This document shows, piece after piece, positions 52,585-62,557 of a stretch of DNA of 64,000 nucleotides. Made by a program: the position numbers and the translations under genes. Origin of the DNA: Desulfonatronovibrionaceae bacterium (GTDB lineage: Bacteria; Desulfobacterota; Desulfovibrionia; Desulfovibrionales; Desulfonatronovibrionaceae); assembly GCA_046539845.1 (NCBI GenBank), contig JBKHGE010000001.1:124001-188000 (forward strand), written 5' to 3'. How positions within the stretch are numbered: position 1 is the first letter of the stretch; each line of letters starts with the position of its first letter. Below the pieces are notes generated by a model. The model did no database searches and was not told the DNA's origin. It saw only the letters and a program-made list of their open reading frames with translations.

Positions 52585-53958
52585 ATGAATAAGCGCGCAG
52601 TGCTTTTTATCTCCCGCCCGGACAGGGTGTCCCCCTTTTTCTCCCGCTTCAGGGAGCACGGTGTGGACGTGCATTTGAGCGGCCGCCTGGATGCGGCCTT
52701 AAGCCTCATGCAGAGCAAAAAACCGCAATTGGTCTTTTGCGAGGCGGAGCTGGCCGGGTTCCGGGCTGAGGACTTTTTGCAGGCCCTGGACACGGAAGAG
52801 GACAAGAGAAAGGTGGTGGTTTTTGCCGAACAGGGCACGGCGGACGAAGCCGGGCATATGATACAGCTCGGCGCCCGGGACTACTGGCTTTTGCCTTTGG
52901 TGTGGGAAAAGATGGAGGCGCTTTTGCCCTCCAGGAGTGAGGCCGACCCCTCTCCGGAGCCAAAGCCGGAGGATAATTTCCATGCAGCCTCCCGGACGAT
53001 TATCGGTGAACATCCCGGGGTGCAGAAAGTCCTGGAGCTGGCGCGCAGGGTTGCCCCTTCCAAGGCCTCCATCCTCATAACCGGTGCCTCCGGGACCGGA
53101 AAGGAATTGTTCGCCAGGTACGTACACGAACACAGCCCGCGGCGTGGCCGGCCTTTTGTGGCGGTCAACTGCGCCGCCCTGCCCGAGCATCTCCTGGAAT
53201 CCGAGCTTTTTGGGCATGAAAAAGGCGCGTTTACCGGTGCTGTTTCCCGCAAGCCGGGCAGGTTTGAGCTGGCCGATGGGGGAAGTCTTCTTTTGGACGA
53301 GATAACGGAAATGGACCCGGCCCTGCAGGCCAAGCTCCTGCGGGTCCTGCAGGAAGGCGAAATAGATCGGGTGGGCGGTACTGAATCTATTCCCGTGGAT
53401 GTCCGGGTGATAGCCACCACCAACAGGGATGTGCAAAAGAGTGTACAGGAAGGTGCCTTTCGTGAGGATCTATTCTATCGCCTGAACGTGATCCCGCTCA
53501 AGCTCCCTGAACTCAAAGAAAGGGGAGAGGACGTCCTGGTTTTGGCTGGATATTTCGCCAGGCGCTTTGCAGGCCAGTATTCCCTGCCCGTGCCCGGTTT
53601 TGACCCCGCGGCCCGGACTTGGCTTCTGGAACACGACTGGCCGGGCAATGTCCGGGAGCTGCAGAATCTGATGGAAAGGGCGGTGCTTTTGAGCTCTGAT
53701 ACCGGGGTTATCACCAAGGCGCATTTCCTTTTGGAGGGGGAGGAGGAAGCGGATGTCCAAGCCCAAGGAGACCCGGTAAGGCTGGGCCCGGAAGAGGACG
53801 AAGTGATCCCCCTGCAGGAGATGGAAAAGCGCCTGATTTTAAAGAGTCTGAAAACCACCGGAGGCAACAGGACCCGGGCCTCGGAGCTTTTGGGGGTTTC
53901 CGTACGCACCCTGCGTAACAAACTGAACGAATACAAAAAACAGGGGCTGGAGTTTTAA
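52585..53958 (+). CDS. Sigma-54 enhancer-binding protein with degenerate receiver domain (FlrC/FleR-like)
   Basis: GASGTGKE, GAFTGA, LLDEI, FREDLFYRLNV, WPGNVREL, HTH ending LRNKL. The receiver has Glu at the expected Asp position (LVFCEA). Start placed at ATG 52585. Confidence 0.9.
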   Translation: MNKRAVLFISRPDRVSPFFSRFREHGVDVHLSGRLDAALSLMQSKKPQLVFCEAELAGFRAEDFLQALDTEEDKRKVVVFAEQGTADEAGHMIQLGARDYWLLPLVWEKMEALLPSRSEADPSPEPKPEDNFHAASRTIIGEHPGVQKVLELARRVAPSKASILITGASGTGKELFARYVHEHSPRRGRPFVAVNCAALPEHLLESELFGHEKGAFTGAVSRKPGRFELADGGSLLLDEITEMDPALQAKLLRVLQEGEIDRVGGTESIPVDVRVIATTNRDVQKSVQEGAFREDLFYRLNVIPLKLPELKERGEDVLVLAGYFARRFAGQYSLPVPGFDPAARTWLLEHDWPGNVRELQNLMERAVLLSSDTGVITKAHFLLEGEEEADVQAQGDPVRLGPEEDEVIPLQEMEKRLILKSLKTTGGNRTRASELLGVSVRTLRNKLNEYKKQGLEF

Positions 53959-54017
53959 GCTTAGTTTGGGGTCGGAGCACGTCCCCTTTTCAGTAAACCA
54001 CAGCTCAGGGAGGAACT

Positions 54018-55214
54018 ATGGGCCTTTTGTCTGCACAGGTGGCCGGATATATTGAGAAGTCATCATGGATTCGACGCATGTTTGAAGCCGGTCAGGAACT
54101 CAAGGAAAAATACGGCCCGGACAATGTCTTTGATTTCAGTCTGGGCAATCCGGATGTCCCCCCGCCGGAAAGCGTGGGGCACGCCCTGCAGAAAAGCGCA
54201 GCCGCTGCAGGAAAGCCTCTGGGCTTTGGGTATATGCCCAACGCCGGGTTCCCGGATCTTCGCCGGGCCCTGGCGGAAAAGATCAGCCGCGAGGAAGCGA
54301 TTCCGGTCCCAGCAGACAACCTCCTTTTGACCTGCGGTGCGGCCGGGGCCCTGAACGTCTTTCTGCGCGCGGTTTTAGAGCCCGGAGAGGAAGTGGTCTG
54401 TCCCGCACCCTATTTTGTGGAATACGGATTTTACGCTCAGAACCACGGGGGCACTCTGGTCCCGGTCCCTGCATTGGAGCCGGACTTCCGTCTGGACATC
54501 AACGCCCTGGAGGCAAGCATCGGGGAGAAGACCCGGGCGGTGCTGCTAAATTCCCCGAATAACCCCACCGGCCGTATCTATACCGAAGAAGAGCTCGATG
54601 CATTGGCCGGGGTCCTGGCCGCCAAGAGCGAAAAAAGCGGCCGCCCGGTTTTTTTGGTCTCGGACGAACCGTATCGCTTTCTCAGTTATGACGGCAGAAA
54701 GGTACCTTCCCTTCTGGGTCGTTATCCCTATAGCATAGTGGTCAATTCGTTTTCCAAGAGTCTGGGACTGGCCGGGGAGAGGATCGGATATGCGGCCGTC
54801 AGCCCAGAGATGCCCGGGGGCGGTGAATTGGTCGGGGGGATGGTTTTGGCCAACCGCATCCTCGGTTTTGTAAACGCCCCGGTGCTCGGCCAGAAGATCC
54901 TGCTCCACTCTTTGGAAAGCTCTGTGGATACCAGGGTCTACGCCCGGCGCAGGGAGATGCTCTCCCGTATACTGGACTCCGCCGGTCTTGAGTATCCCCG
55001 GCCAGAAGGCGGTTTCTACTTCTTTGTTCGTTCCCCCACCGGAGATGATCAGGATCTTATAGATGCGCTCATGGATCAAAACGTTTTGGCTGTGCCTGGT
55101 TCTGGATTCGGTTTTCCCGGGTATGTGCGGTTTGCCTTTTGTGTCCCGGACAAGGTTATTTCCGGGAGCGAGCAGGCGGTAATTCGGGCAGCCGGGAGCC
55201 TGAGGCGGGATTGA
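54018..55214 (+). CDS. Class I PLP-dependent aminotransferase (aspartate aminotransferase-like)
   Basis: FSLGNP, NSPNNPTG, SDEPY, SFSKSLGLAGERIG, VPGSGFG. Confidence 0.92.
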   Translation: MGLLSAQVAGYIEKSSWIRRMFEAGQELKEKYGPDNVFDFSLGNPDVPPPESVGHALQKSAAAAGKPLGFGYMPNAGFPDLRRALAEKISREEAIPVPADNLLLTCGAAGALNVFLRAVLEPGEEVVCPAPYFVEYGFYAQNHGGTLVPVPALEPDFRLDINALEASIGEKTRAVLLNSPNNPTGRIYTEEELDALAGVLAAKSEKSGRPVFLVSDEPYRFLSYDGRKVPSLLGRYPYSIVVNSFSKSLGLAGERIGYAAVSPEMPGGGELVGGMVLANRILGFVNAPVLGQKILLHSLESSVDTRVYARRREMLSRILDSAGLEYPRPEGGFYFFVRSPTGDDQDLIDALMDQNVLAVPGSGFGFPGYVRFAFCVPDKVISGSEQAVIRAAGSLRRD

Positions 55215-55351
55215 TATCGGCATTGTCCGCAGCCGGAGGCACGAAACCCGGAAGGGAGAGTTAGCGGCCCCGGCGCCTGACCGCGGCTTTCTGTCCTTGA
55301 CTTGCGGGTTGGCCTGAGTTATTCAGTCAAATTCTTTTTTTGAGGGGAGCC

Positions 55352-56764
55352 ATGTTCGACAATCTATCAGATCGATTAAATTCGGTATTCAAAAACCTGA
55401 AAGGCCACGGCCGTCTGGATGAGGACAATATCCGGGCCGGCCTGCGCGAGGTCCGTCTGGCCCTTTTGGAGGCGGACGTCAATTATCGGGTGGTAAAGGA
55501 GTTTACCGAACGTATAAAGGAGCGCGCCCTGGGACAGGACGTGCTTAAGAGCCTCACTCCGGGGCAGCAGGTAGTCAAGATTGTCAACGAGGAGTTGGTT
55601 GAGCTTCTGGGCGGAGAGAGCCGGGGTCTCAATCTGCGGGCCAAACCGCCGGCGGTCATAATGCTGGTTGGTCTGCAGGGATCGGGCAAGACCACTACCG
55701 CGGCCAAGCTGGCCCTGCATCTGCGCCGAGAAATGAATATGTCTTCCTATCTAGTTCCGGCCGACGTATACCGGCCAGCCGCCATAGATCAGCTGACCAG
55801 CCTGGGCGGGCAGCTGGACATCCCGGTTTTCCCTTCCTCTGCGGACATGAATCCGGTGAACATCTGCCAGGACGCGGTGGCCGAGGCCAAAAACCAGACC
55901 TATGACGTGGTCCTTTTGGATACCGCTGGCCGCCTGCATATTGATGAGGTCCTGATGCAGGAGCTGACCAATATCAAGGCCGAGTGCACCCCACAGGAGG
56001 TCCTTTTTGTCGCCGATGCCATGACCGGTCAGGATGCGGTGAATGTGGCTGAGCGCTTTGACGAGCTCCTGGATATAACCGGCGTGGTGTTGACCAAGAT
56101 GGAGGGCGATGCCCGGGGTGGAGCCGCTTTGTCCATCAAACACATCACCGGCAAGCCGATCAAGTTCATAGGTACCGGTGAGAAACTGAGTGACCTGGAG
56201 GTTTTTCATCCGGATCGAGTAGCCTCACGCATTCTGGGTATGGGCGATATGCTCACCCTTATCGAGAAGGCCCAATCCAGTATTGACGAAAAAGAAGCCG
56301 AGGACCTGGAGAAAAAACTCAAAAAATCCCAGTTTGATCTTGAGGATTTCCGGACCCAGATGCGGCGTTTGAAAAAGTTGGGCTCCCTGGAGGGAATTTT
56401 GAAAATGGTCCCCGGCCTGGGCAAGATGAAGGATCAGCTCAAGAATGTGCAGATGCCGGAGAAGGAATTGTCCAGGGTGGAGGCGATCATTAATTCCATG
56501 ACCAAGCATGAGCGCCGCGAACCGAAGATCATCAATGCTGGCCGCAAGCAGCGCATCTCTGCCGGAAGCGGGACCACCGTCCAGGAAGTGAATCAGCTCC
56601 TGAAAAATTTTGAGCAGATGCAGAAGATGATGAAGGGTATGGTGGCCCAGCAGTCCGCTGGAGGAGGCGGGGGAAAGGTCTCTGCCGGTTCACAAAAGAA
56701 GTTGCGCCAGCAGAGGAAAAAGGTCAAACAGAAAAGCAGGGGCAAAAAAAAGAAGAAGAAATAG
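55352..56764 (+). CDS. ffh: Signal recognition particle protein
   Basis: ALLEADV, GLQGSGKTT, DVYRPAA, DTAGR, DARGGAALS, IINSMT, GSGT. Confidence 0.98.
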   Translation: MFDNLSDRLNSVFKNLKGHGRLDEDNIRAGLREVRLALLEADVNYRVVKEFTERIKERALGQDVLKSLTPGQQVVKIVNEELVELLGGESRGLNLRAKPPAVIMLVGLQGSGKTTTAAKLALHLRREMNMSSYLVPADVYRPAAIDQLTSLGGQLDIPVFPSSADMNPVNICQDAVAEAKNQTYDVVLLDTAGRLHIDEVLMQELTNIKAECTPQEVLFVADAMTGQDAVNVAERFDELLDITGVVLTKMEGDARGGAALSIKHITGKPIKFIGTGEKLSDLEVFHPDRVASRILGMGDMLTLIEKAQSSIDEKEAEDLEKKLKKSQFDLEDFRTQMRRLKKLGSLEGILKMVPGLGKMKDQLKNVQMPEKELSRVEAIINSMTKHERREPKIINAGRKQRISAGSGTTVQEVNQLLKNFEQMQKMMKGMVAQQSAGGGGGKVSAGSQKKLRQQRKKVKQKSRGKKKKKK

Positions 56765-56890
56765 TCCAGGAATACCAGCCGTTGGCTTCTGGACAAAAAC
56801 AGGGTTAATGAATATTGGTTTAATAATTCCTGTCCGCATCTGCCTCTCCAGGGCACGGGCAACCAACTGTTATTCAGGAGAAGAATTGAT

Positions 56891-57130
56891 ATGGCAATGA
56901 AATTGAGACTGACCCGCATGGGGTCCAAGAAAAGACCTTTTTACCGTATAGTGGCTCTGGACAGCAGAAAGAGACGGGACGGCCGGGCCCTGGAATATCT
57001 CGGATATTACAACCCCATGACCGAGCCGCCCGAAGTCAGCGTGGATACTGAAAAGGCCCGCAAATGGCTCGATAAGGGGGCCAGACCCTCAAACACCGTC
57101 CGCTCTCTTTTGCAGAAAGCCGGTATGTAG
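56891..57130 (+). CDS. rpsP: 30S ribosomal protein S16
   Basis: [26 protein letters not shown]. Confidence 0.98.
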   Translation: MAMKLRLTRMGSKKRPFYRIVALDSRKRRDGRALEYLGYYNPMTEPPEVSVDTEKARKWLDKGARPSNTVRSLLQKAGM

Positions 57131-57226
57131 GTTTTTTGCTCCGGACCGCTGTGCCGATGTTTTAATCGTCCATAATCCGTGCTAGATGCGGTACATATAG
57201 CGAATCGATTCAACGCGGAGGTGCTT

Positions 57227-57460
57227 ATGTTGAAGGAGCTGATCGAGTACATTGCGAAGTCGCTGGTGGACAAGCCAGACGAGGTTACTGTGTCCGAATT
57301 GGAGGGGGAGCAGACATCGGTGATAGAACTGAAGGTGGCCAAGGAGGATCTGGGCAAGGTCATAGGCAAACAGGGTCGAACCGCTCGGGCCATGCGCACT
57401 ATATTGGGCGCGGCCTCAACCAAGGCTCAGAAAAGGGCTGTTCTGGAGATACTGGAATAG
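57227..57460 (+). CDS. khpA: KH-domain RNA-binding protein
   Basis: GGAGG RBS before ATG 57227; [26 protein letters not shown]. Confidence 0.93.
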   Translation: MLKELIEYIAKSLVDKPDEVTVSELEGEQTSVIELKVAKEDLGKVIGKQGRTARAMRTILGAASTKAQKRAVLEILE

Positions 57461-57475
57461 CCAAGGCATATTGAA

Positions 57476-57997
57476 ATGGCCAAGGACCTTGTGCATCTGG
57501 GCAAGGTAGCCAAACCACACGGTCTGAAAGGGGAGTTGAGGGTCTATGCGGCCCCCGGCTCCCCTGTTTTGCTTGAGGGGGTGGACAGGGTATACCTGCA
57601 GGGGTCGAAAATGAACCCGCGACCCTTTCGGCTGCTCTCCTTGCGCCCCTCGCCCAAGGGGTTGATTTTTGCCCTGGAGGGTATAACCGGCCGGGATCAG
57701 GCGGAGAAATGGCGTGAGGCTGATGTTCTGGCCCGGGAAAAGGATGTCGACCCGGGTCGGGACGATTGCGGGCTGCTTGTCTTGACCGGCTACAGGATAT
57801 ATGCGCAAGATGAGGGCTACCTGGGAGAGCTCTCCAGGGCGTGGGAAACCGGCGCGGGAGTGGTCTGGTCCATTATAAGCGAAGACGGCTCGGAGATCCT
57901 TTTCCCGGCCCGGCCCAGATTCATAAAACACATCGACCGCCGCAATTTTTGTATAGAGATAGTGCCACCGCCGGGGTTACTGGAAATTTATTCCTGA
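57476..57997 (+). CDS. rimM: Ribosome maturation factor RimM
   Basis: GKVAKPHGLKGEL, C-terminal PPPGLLE; operon position. Confidence 0.93.
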   Translation: MAKDLVHLGKVAKPHGLKGELRVYAAPGSPVLLEGVDRVYLQGSKMNPRPFRLLSLRPSPKGLIFALEGITGRDQAEKWREADVLAREKDVDPGRDDCGLLVLTGYRIYAQDEGYLGELSRAWETGAGVVWSIISEDGSEILFPARPRFIKHIDRRNFCIEIVPPPGLLEIYS

Positions 57998-58081
57998 CCT
58001 GGTCCTTTTTTCCGTGCCGGACGCAGAATGCGGAGCAGTGGCGCGATCAAAAACAACAACTGCAACCAGCCGCAGGCCGCA

Positions 58082-59368
58082 ATGCCGATTTCAATCACCC
58101 TGGTGACCATATTCCCGGAGTTTTTTTCCTCTCCTCTGTCCTGCGGGCTCATGTCCAGGGCCAGAAAGCAGGGCCTTGTGGACTTTTCTTTTTTAAATCC
58201 CAGGGACTTTGCCGCGGATAAGCATAGAAGCGTAGACGACCGGCCTTATGGCGGAGGGCCGGGCATGGTCATGCTGCCCGGACCTTTGGACGGGGCCCTT
58301 TCCGCCCTGCCGCCCAAGGGTAGAAAACTGCTCATGACCCCGAAAGGCAGGCCTTTGGATCAGGACCTGGTGGAGGACCTGGCGGCAGAGTCCGGCTTGG
58401 TTTTGATTTGTGGCCGCTATGAAGGCATAGATGAGCGGGTGCGGGAAAAATTCGATCTGGAGCCGGTCTCGGTCGGAGATTTTGTCTTAAACGGCGGGGA
58501 AGCCGCGGCCCTGTGCCTGATAGAATCCGTGGCCCGCCGCATCCCGGGGTTTATGGGCCGCCCCGAGTCCGCCGGGGAAGAGAGTTTTGCCTCCGGACTA
58601 CTGGAATATCCGCATTATACCCGCCCGGAGGAGTTTGCCGGCCGCAGGGTCCCGGAGGTGCTTTTATCCGGTGACCACGGCCGGGTGGCAGAATGGAGGA
58701 AGGAAAAATCTCTGCAAAACACCCTGAACCGCCGTCCGGACCTTCTGGACCGGGCCCGGTTGACTGGAGCGGACGTCCAAAAGCTGAAAAAGCTCTATAC
58801 CAGAACAGCAGCCAGGAATCTTTATCTGGCCCTGATCCACCATCCGGTGCTGAACAAATTTGCCCAACCCGGAACCACCTCTTTGACAAATCTGGATATA
58901 CACGATATTGGACGCGTTTCCCGTACCTACGGTCTGGGTCGTTATTTTTTATGCACCCCGGTCCGGGACCAGCAGGCGCTGGCCCGCAGGTTGCTTGACT
59001 ACTGGGTAAGCGGTCCGGGCGGTGTCGGGAATCCGGACCGGTCCGAAGCCCTGTCCGGCATCGAAGTGGTGGACAGTCTTGAGGCGGCGAAAGCGCGGGT
59101 TGTGGATCTGACCGGGATGCAGCCCGCGGTTGTAGGGACTACCGCCAGGATGAGCGATTCTGCTCTTACCCCGCCCGAGTTGCGGGTGAGGCTGGAAGAC
59201 AGGCCGGTCTTGCTAGTTCTGGGTACCGGACACGGCTTGGCCCCTTCGGCAATGGCCCTCTGCGACGAGGTGTTGCGGCCGCTTCGTCCTGCGGCCGGAT
59301 ATAATCATATGTCTGTCCGCTCCGCGGCCTCCATAATTTTGGACCGGATAATCGGAGATTTTTATTGA
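58082..59368 (+). CDS. trmD: tRNA (guanine37-N1)-methyltransferase fused to a second SPOUT-type domain
   Basis: VDDRPYGGGPGMV, CGRYEGIDERV, LLEYPHYTRP; C-terminal domain LYLALIHHPV, TNLDIHDIGR, YNHMSVRSAASIILDR. Confidence 0.95.
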   Translation: MPISITLVTIFPEFFSSPLSCGLMSRARKQGLVDFSFLNPRDFAADKHRSVDDRPYGGGPGMVMLPGPLDGALSALPPKGRKLLMTPKGRPLDQDLVEDLAAESGLVLICGRYEGIDERVREKFDLEPVSVGDFVLNGGEAAALCLIESVARRIPGFMGRPESAGEESFASGLLEYPHYTRPEEFAGRRVPEVLLSGDHGRVAEWRKEKSLQNTLNRRPDLLDRARLTGADVQKLKKLYTRTAARNLYLALIHHPVLNKFAQPGTTSLTNLDIHDIGRVSRTYGLGRYFLCTPVRDQQALARRLLDYWVSGPGGVGNPDRSEALSGIEVVDSLEAAKARVVDLTGMQPAVVGTTARMSDSALTPPELRVRLEDRPVLLVLGTGHGLAPSAMALCDEVLRPLRPAAGYNHMSVRSAASIILDRIIGDFY

Positions 59369-59438
59369 GCCGGGCTGCCGGGGCTTTGGTCCCGGAATGT
59401 AAGCCCATACTTAAATAATTCAAGGAGAATATACAGTC

Positions 59439-59789
59439 ATGAATGCCCTGGAAAAGATCGAAAAACGTCAGATGCGCATGGACATCCCCTCATTCAAGGC
59501 CGGAGACACGCTTAACGTCCACGTCCGGATTATTGAAGGGGAAAAGGAAAGGATACAGGTATTCAAGGGAGTTGTCATCCGCGTCAACCGCGGCGGTGCC
59601 AATGCCTCTTTTGTGGTTCGTAAGATCTCGGACGGCATCGGAGTGGAGCGCGTCTTTCCCCTGCATTCCCCGGCCATTGAGCGCATAGAGGTCCTCACCG
59701 AGGGCCGGGTCCGCCAGGGTCGTATTTACTATCTGCGCAAACTCAAGGGCAAGGCGGCCCGGATCAAGAGCAAGAATCAGTGGAACTAG
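59439..59789 (+). CDS. rplS: 50S ribosomal protein L19
   Basis: [31 protein letters not shown]. Confidence 0.98.
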   Translation: MNALEKIEKRQMRMDIPSFKAGDTLNVHVRIIEGEKERIQVFKGVVIRVNRGGANASFVVRKISDGIGVERVFPLHSPAIERIEVLTEGRVRQGRIYYLRKLKGKAARIKSKNQWN

Positions 59790-59807
59790 ACCGCTCCCGG
59801 ATCTGCC

Positions 59808-60434
59808 GTGGACAATGGCAATGACCCGGCCGGGCTTCGACCCCCTTCCGTGGCCGGCGTGGATGAAGCTGGCCGCGGATGTCTGGCCGGTCCGGTGGTG
59901 GCCGCTGCTGTGGTCCTCCCTCCCAGGTTCTGTCTCCCGCAGCTGACAGATTCCAAAAAACTATCCCCCAGGAGGCGTCAGGAGTTGACACCCCTGATCC
60001 GGGCCCGGTCGACCGCTTGGGCCGTGGGCCTGTCCTGGCCCCGGGAGATAGATCGTCTAAACATCCTGCAGGCCTCCCTCCTGGCCATGCGCCGGGCCGT
60101 GAACAAGTTGAACACCGTTCCGGACATGGTTCTTGTTGACGGCAATCAGAGAATTCCCATAGACTTGAAACAACAGACTATTGTGGGCGGGGATTTGAGC
60201 GAGCCTTGTATCTCGGCTGCTTCTGTTTTGGCCAAGGTCTTCCGCGACCGCCTCATGCAGGCCATGGACAGGCGCTATCCCGGATACGGCTTTGCCGCGC
60301 ACAAAGGCTATGGGACCAGGGAGCACCGGGAGGTACTCAAATGCAAAGGTCCCAGCCCGATTCATCGGACAAGCTTTAAGGGTGTGCTGTGTGCGACACG
60401 CAGGGAAAGGATAAACCGGCTACCCGGACTCTGA
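59808..60434 (+). CDS. rnhB: Ribonuclease HII
   Basis: GVDEAGRGCLAGPV, DSKKL, VDGN, ISAASVLAKV, HKGYGT. Confidence 0.96.
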   Translation: MDNGNDPAGLRPPSVAGVDEAGRGCLAGPVVAAAVVLPPRFCLPQLTDSKKLSPRRRQELTPLIRARSTAWAVGLSWPREIDRLNILQASLLAMRRAVNKLNTVPDMVLVDGNQRIPIDLKQQTIVGGDLSEPCISAASVLAKVFRDRLMQAMDRRYPGYGFAAHKGYGTREHREVLKCKGPSPIHRTSFKGVLCATRRERINRLPGL

Positions 60435-60820
60435 ATCTGGGATCAAAGGGAGAGGATGTGGCCGCGGATTTCATGCGCGAGCAGGGCTACCGGGTCCTGG
60501 AGCGCAATTGGCGGTGCACAAGCGGGGAGCTGGACTTGGTCTGTTCCCACGGTTCGGATCTGGTTTTCGTGGAGGTCAAAACCCGGACCAAGAGCAGTAT
60601 GGGCCGGGCCGGGGAGTCCCTTCCTGCCGGCCAGAAATCCAGACTGGTCAGGGCGGCCAGCCAATATCTGAGCCGGAACAATCTATGGTCCAAAAGCTGC
60701 CGTTTTGACCTGGTCGCCCTGGAAATCAGGGAAAACCACGTAAATCTGGAGCACGTGTCAAATGTCATTGATTTCGGGGAGGCTTTGGGTGGTGGCCACT
60801 CCTCTTGGCAACCTTGGTGA
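60389..60820 (+). CDS. YraN (UPF0102) family nuclease-like protein; start uncertain
   Basis: GSKGE, NWRC..GELDLV, VFVEVKTR, RFD. Confidence 0.9.
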   Translation: MCDTQGKDKPATRTLNLGSKGEDVAADFMREQGYRVLERNWRCTSGELDLVCSHGSDLVFVEVKTRTKSSMGRAGESLPAGQKSRLVRAASQYLSRNNLWSKSCRFDLVALEIRENHVNLEHVSNVIDFGEALGGGHSSWQPW

Positions 60821-61598
60821 TTTTCCCCCCCGGGCCATAGAGGTGCTCCGGGCCTGCTCCCTGATCCTGGCTGAAGATACCAGACGGGCCGGCAGGTTTC
60901 TGGCCGCGGTCCGGGTGGATCCACCGTGGATGATCAGTTTTTTTGAGCACAACGAAGAGCAGAGGCTCAAGCAGGTCCTGGAGCTTTTGCGTTCCGGGCA
61001 GGAAGCGGCTTTGATCTCGGATGCAGGCACACCAGTGGTTTCCGATCCAGGATACCGTTTGGTGCGCGCCTGTCGGGAAAACGGGATCCCGGTTTCCACT
61101 GTCCCCGGTCCGAGCGCTCCGGTTGCCGCCCTGAGCATCTCCGGGCTCCCGACTGTCCCGTTTGTCTTTTTGGGTTTTTTGTCCCGACGGGCCGGGGAAG
61201 TGACCGAAATATTCGAGAAATGGAACCCGGTGCAGGCCACTTTGGTCTTTTTCGAGCGCAAGAACAGGCTGGCCCGGACCCTGACCATCGCCCGGGAAGT
61301 TTTGGGCGACAGGGAATATTCGGTGTGTCGGGAGCTGACCAAGAAATACGAGGAAGTCATTCGTGGTAATCTGGCCGACATAGAGCCTGTGGCCGATCTC
61401 AGGGGGGAGGTTACGGTGGTTCTCGGTCCGCCGTTGCAAAGGGAGCGAACCGGTAACCTGGAGGCCAGGGAGGTATTGGAGCAGGAACTGGCCAGGGGCC
61501 TTAAACCCAAGCAGGCAGCCCGGGAGGCAGCTGGGCGGATCCAGGGTTGGACCGGCAAGGAGCTGTATCGCCTTTTGCACGAAAGGGATTTTTCTTAG
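60762..61598 (+). CDS. rsmI: 16S rRNA C1402 2'-O-methyltransferase
   Basis: VATPLGNLGD, AEDTR, SDAGTPVVSDPG, VPGPSA, RELTK. Confidence 0.95.
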   Translation: MSLISGRLWVVATPLGNLGDFPPRAIEVLRACSLILAEDTRRAGRFLAAVRVDPPWMISFFEHNEEQRLKQVLELLRSGQEAALISDAGTPVVSDPGYRLVRACRENGIPVSTVPGPSAPVAALSISGLPTVPFVFLGFLSRRAGEVTEIFEKWNPVQATLVFFERKNRLARTLTIAREVLGDREYSVCRELTKKYEEVIRGNLADIEPVADLRGEVTVVLGPPLQRERTGNLEAREVLEQELARGLKPKQAAREAAGRIQGWTGKELYRLLHERDFS

Positions 61599-61745
61599 GG
61601 CTTTTGCACCGGTCAAATTTGGGACTGCGGTTTTTGCCCGCCGGGGCAAAATAACAGACGGGTTCCGGCGGAGATGGTCACCGGTTATCAGCTTGGACTT
61701 AAAAATTCCCGGGTGGAGTCAAGGAAGCATAATTTATTGGGGCTT

Positions 61746-62471
61746 ATGGACGTAAAAACCCTGCTTAAGTGCTATCTGCGCTCCTATCTCATGGGCAGCG
61801 CCTTCAATACCAGGGGACTGCAGAATATTGGGCTGATCTATGCCTTGGATCCCGCGCTCAGACGGATATACCCGGAGGGAAAAAATCTGCAGCGGGCCCG
61901 CCGTAGACATGCTCGGCTGTATAATTCGCACCCGTTCTGGAATCCGTTGCTGGTGGGGATATTTATCCATTTGGAGAGCAAGGCGGCCCGGAACCTTTTG
62001 CCCGAGGGCATGATCAGCAAGGTCAAGTCCACTGTGGTCTACACCCTGTCCGCGATCGGGGATTCGTTTTTCGGGGGTAGCCTGTTGGTCACCTGGGCCT
62101 TGGGGACAATGCTTATGCTCCTGGCCGGAATGCATGCCGCCGCTCTGGGGACCACTGTATTGGCCTTTGTCTGTCTGCAGATTTTCAAGATGTATGTGTT
62201 TTACATGGGAGTGACCAGGGGTGTGGCTTTTTTGACCCGCCTCAAAAGCTGGAATCTGATAAACTGGGGCGCGGGCATCAAGCTGTTCAACGCGGCCTTG
62301 ATGCTGGGGATTGCCCTTATGCTCTGGCCCGGGTATGCCGATCCCGCAGGTTTTTTTGTCTTTTTTACGGCCGTGGCCTGCTATTGCTATGCCGTGTTCC
62401 GGGTCCCGGTCCTGCGGGAGATCGTCCTGGCATTTGCCTTTGTTTTGGTGCTGATTATATATTCTTTTTGA
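61746..62471 (+). CDS. PTS mannose/fructose/sorbose-family IID-like membrane protein
   Basis: FNTRGLQNIG, YNSHP, LSAIGDSFF; ATG 61746 preferred (ORF open from 61674). Confidence 0.8.
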   Translation: MDVKTLLKCYLRSYLMGSAFNTRGLQNIGLIYALDPALRRIYPEGKNLQRARRRHARLYNSHPFWNPLLVGIFIHLESKAARNLLPEGMISKVKSTVVYTLSAIGDSFFGGSLLVTWALGTMLMLLAGMHAAALGTTVLAFVCLQIFKMYVFYMGVTRGVAFLTRLKSWNLINWGAGIKLFNAALMLGIALMLWPGYADPAGFFVFFTAVACYCYAVFRVPVLREIVLAFAFVLVLIIYSF

Positions 62472-62557
62472 TCTCTAAGCAGGTATGATGTTGCAGCCGT
62501 GTAAAGCGTGAATCAGAATTGGTAAACAAAAAAATCAGGGATGTTCCGGGTTGGATA

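Noticed and set aside
55247..55258. CCC-GGAA-GGG-AG upstream of ffh, resembling the SRP RNA domain IV tip
   Set aside because: Lacks the CAGG/AGCA symmetric loop and the long stem, so not called as SRP RNA or an Ffh operator.
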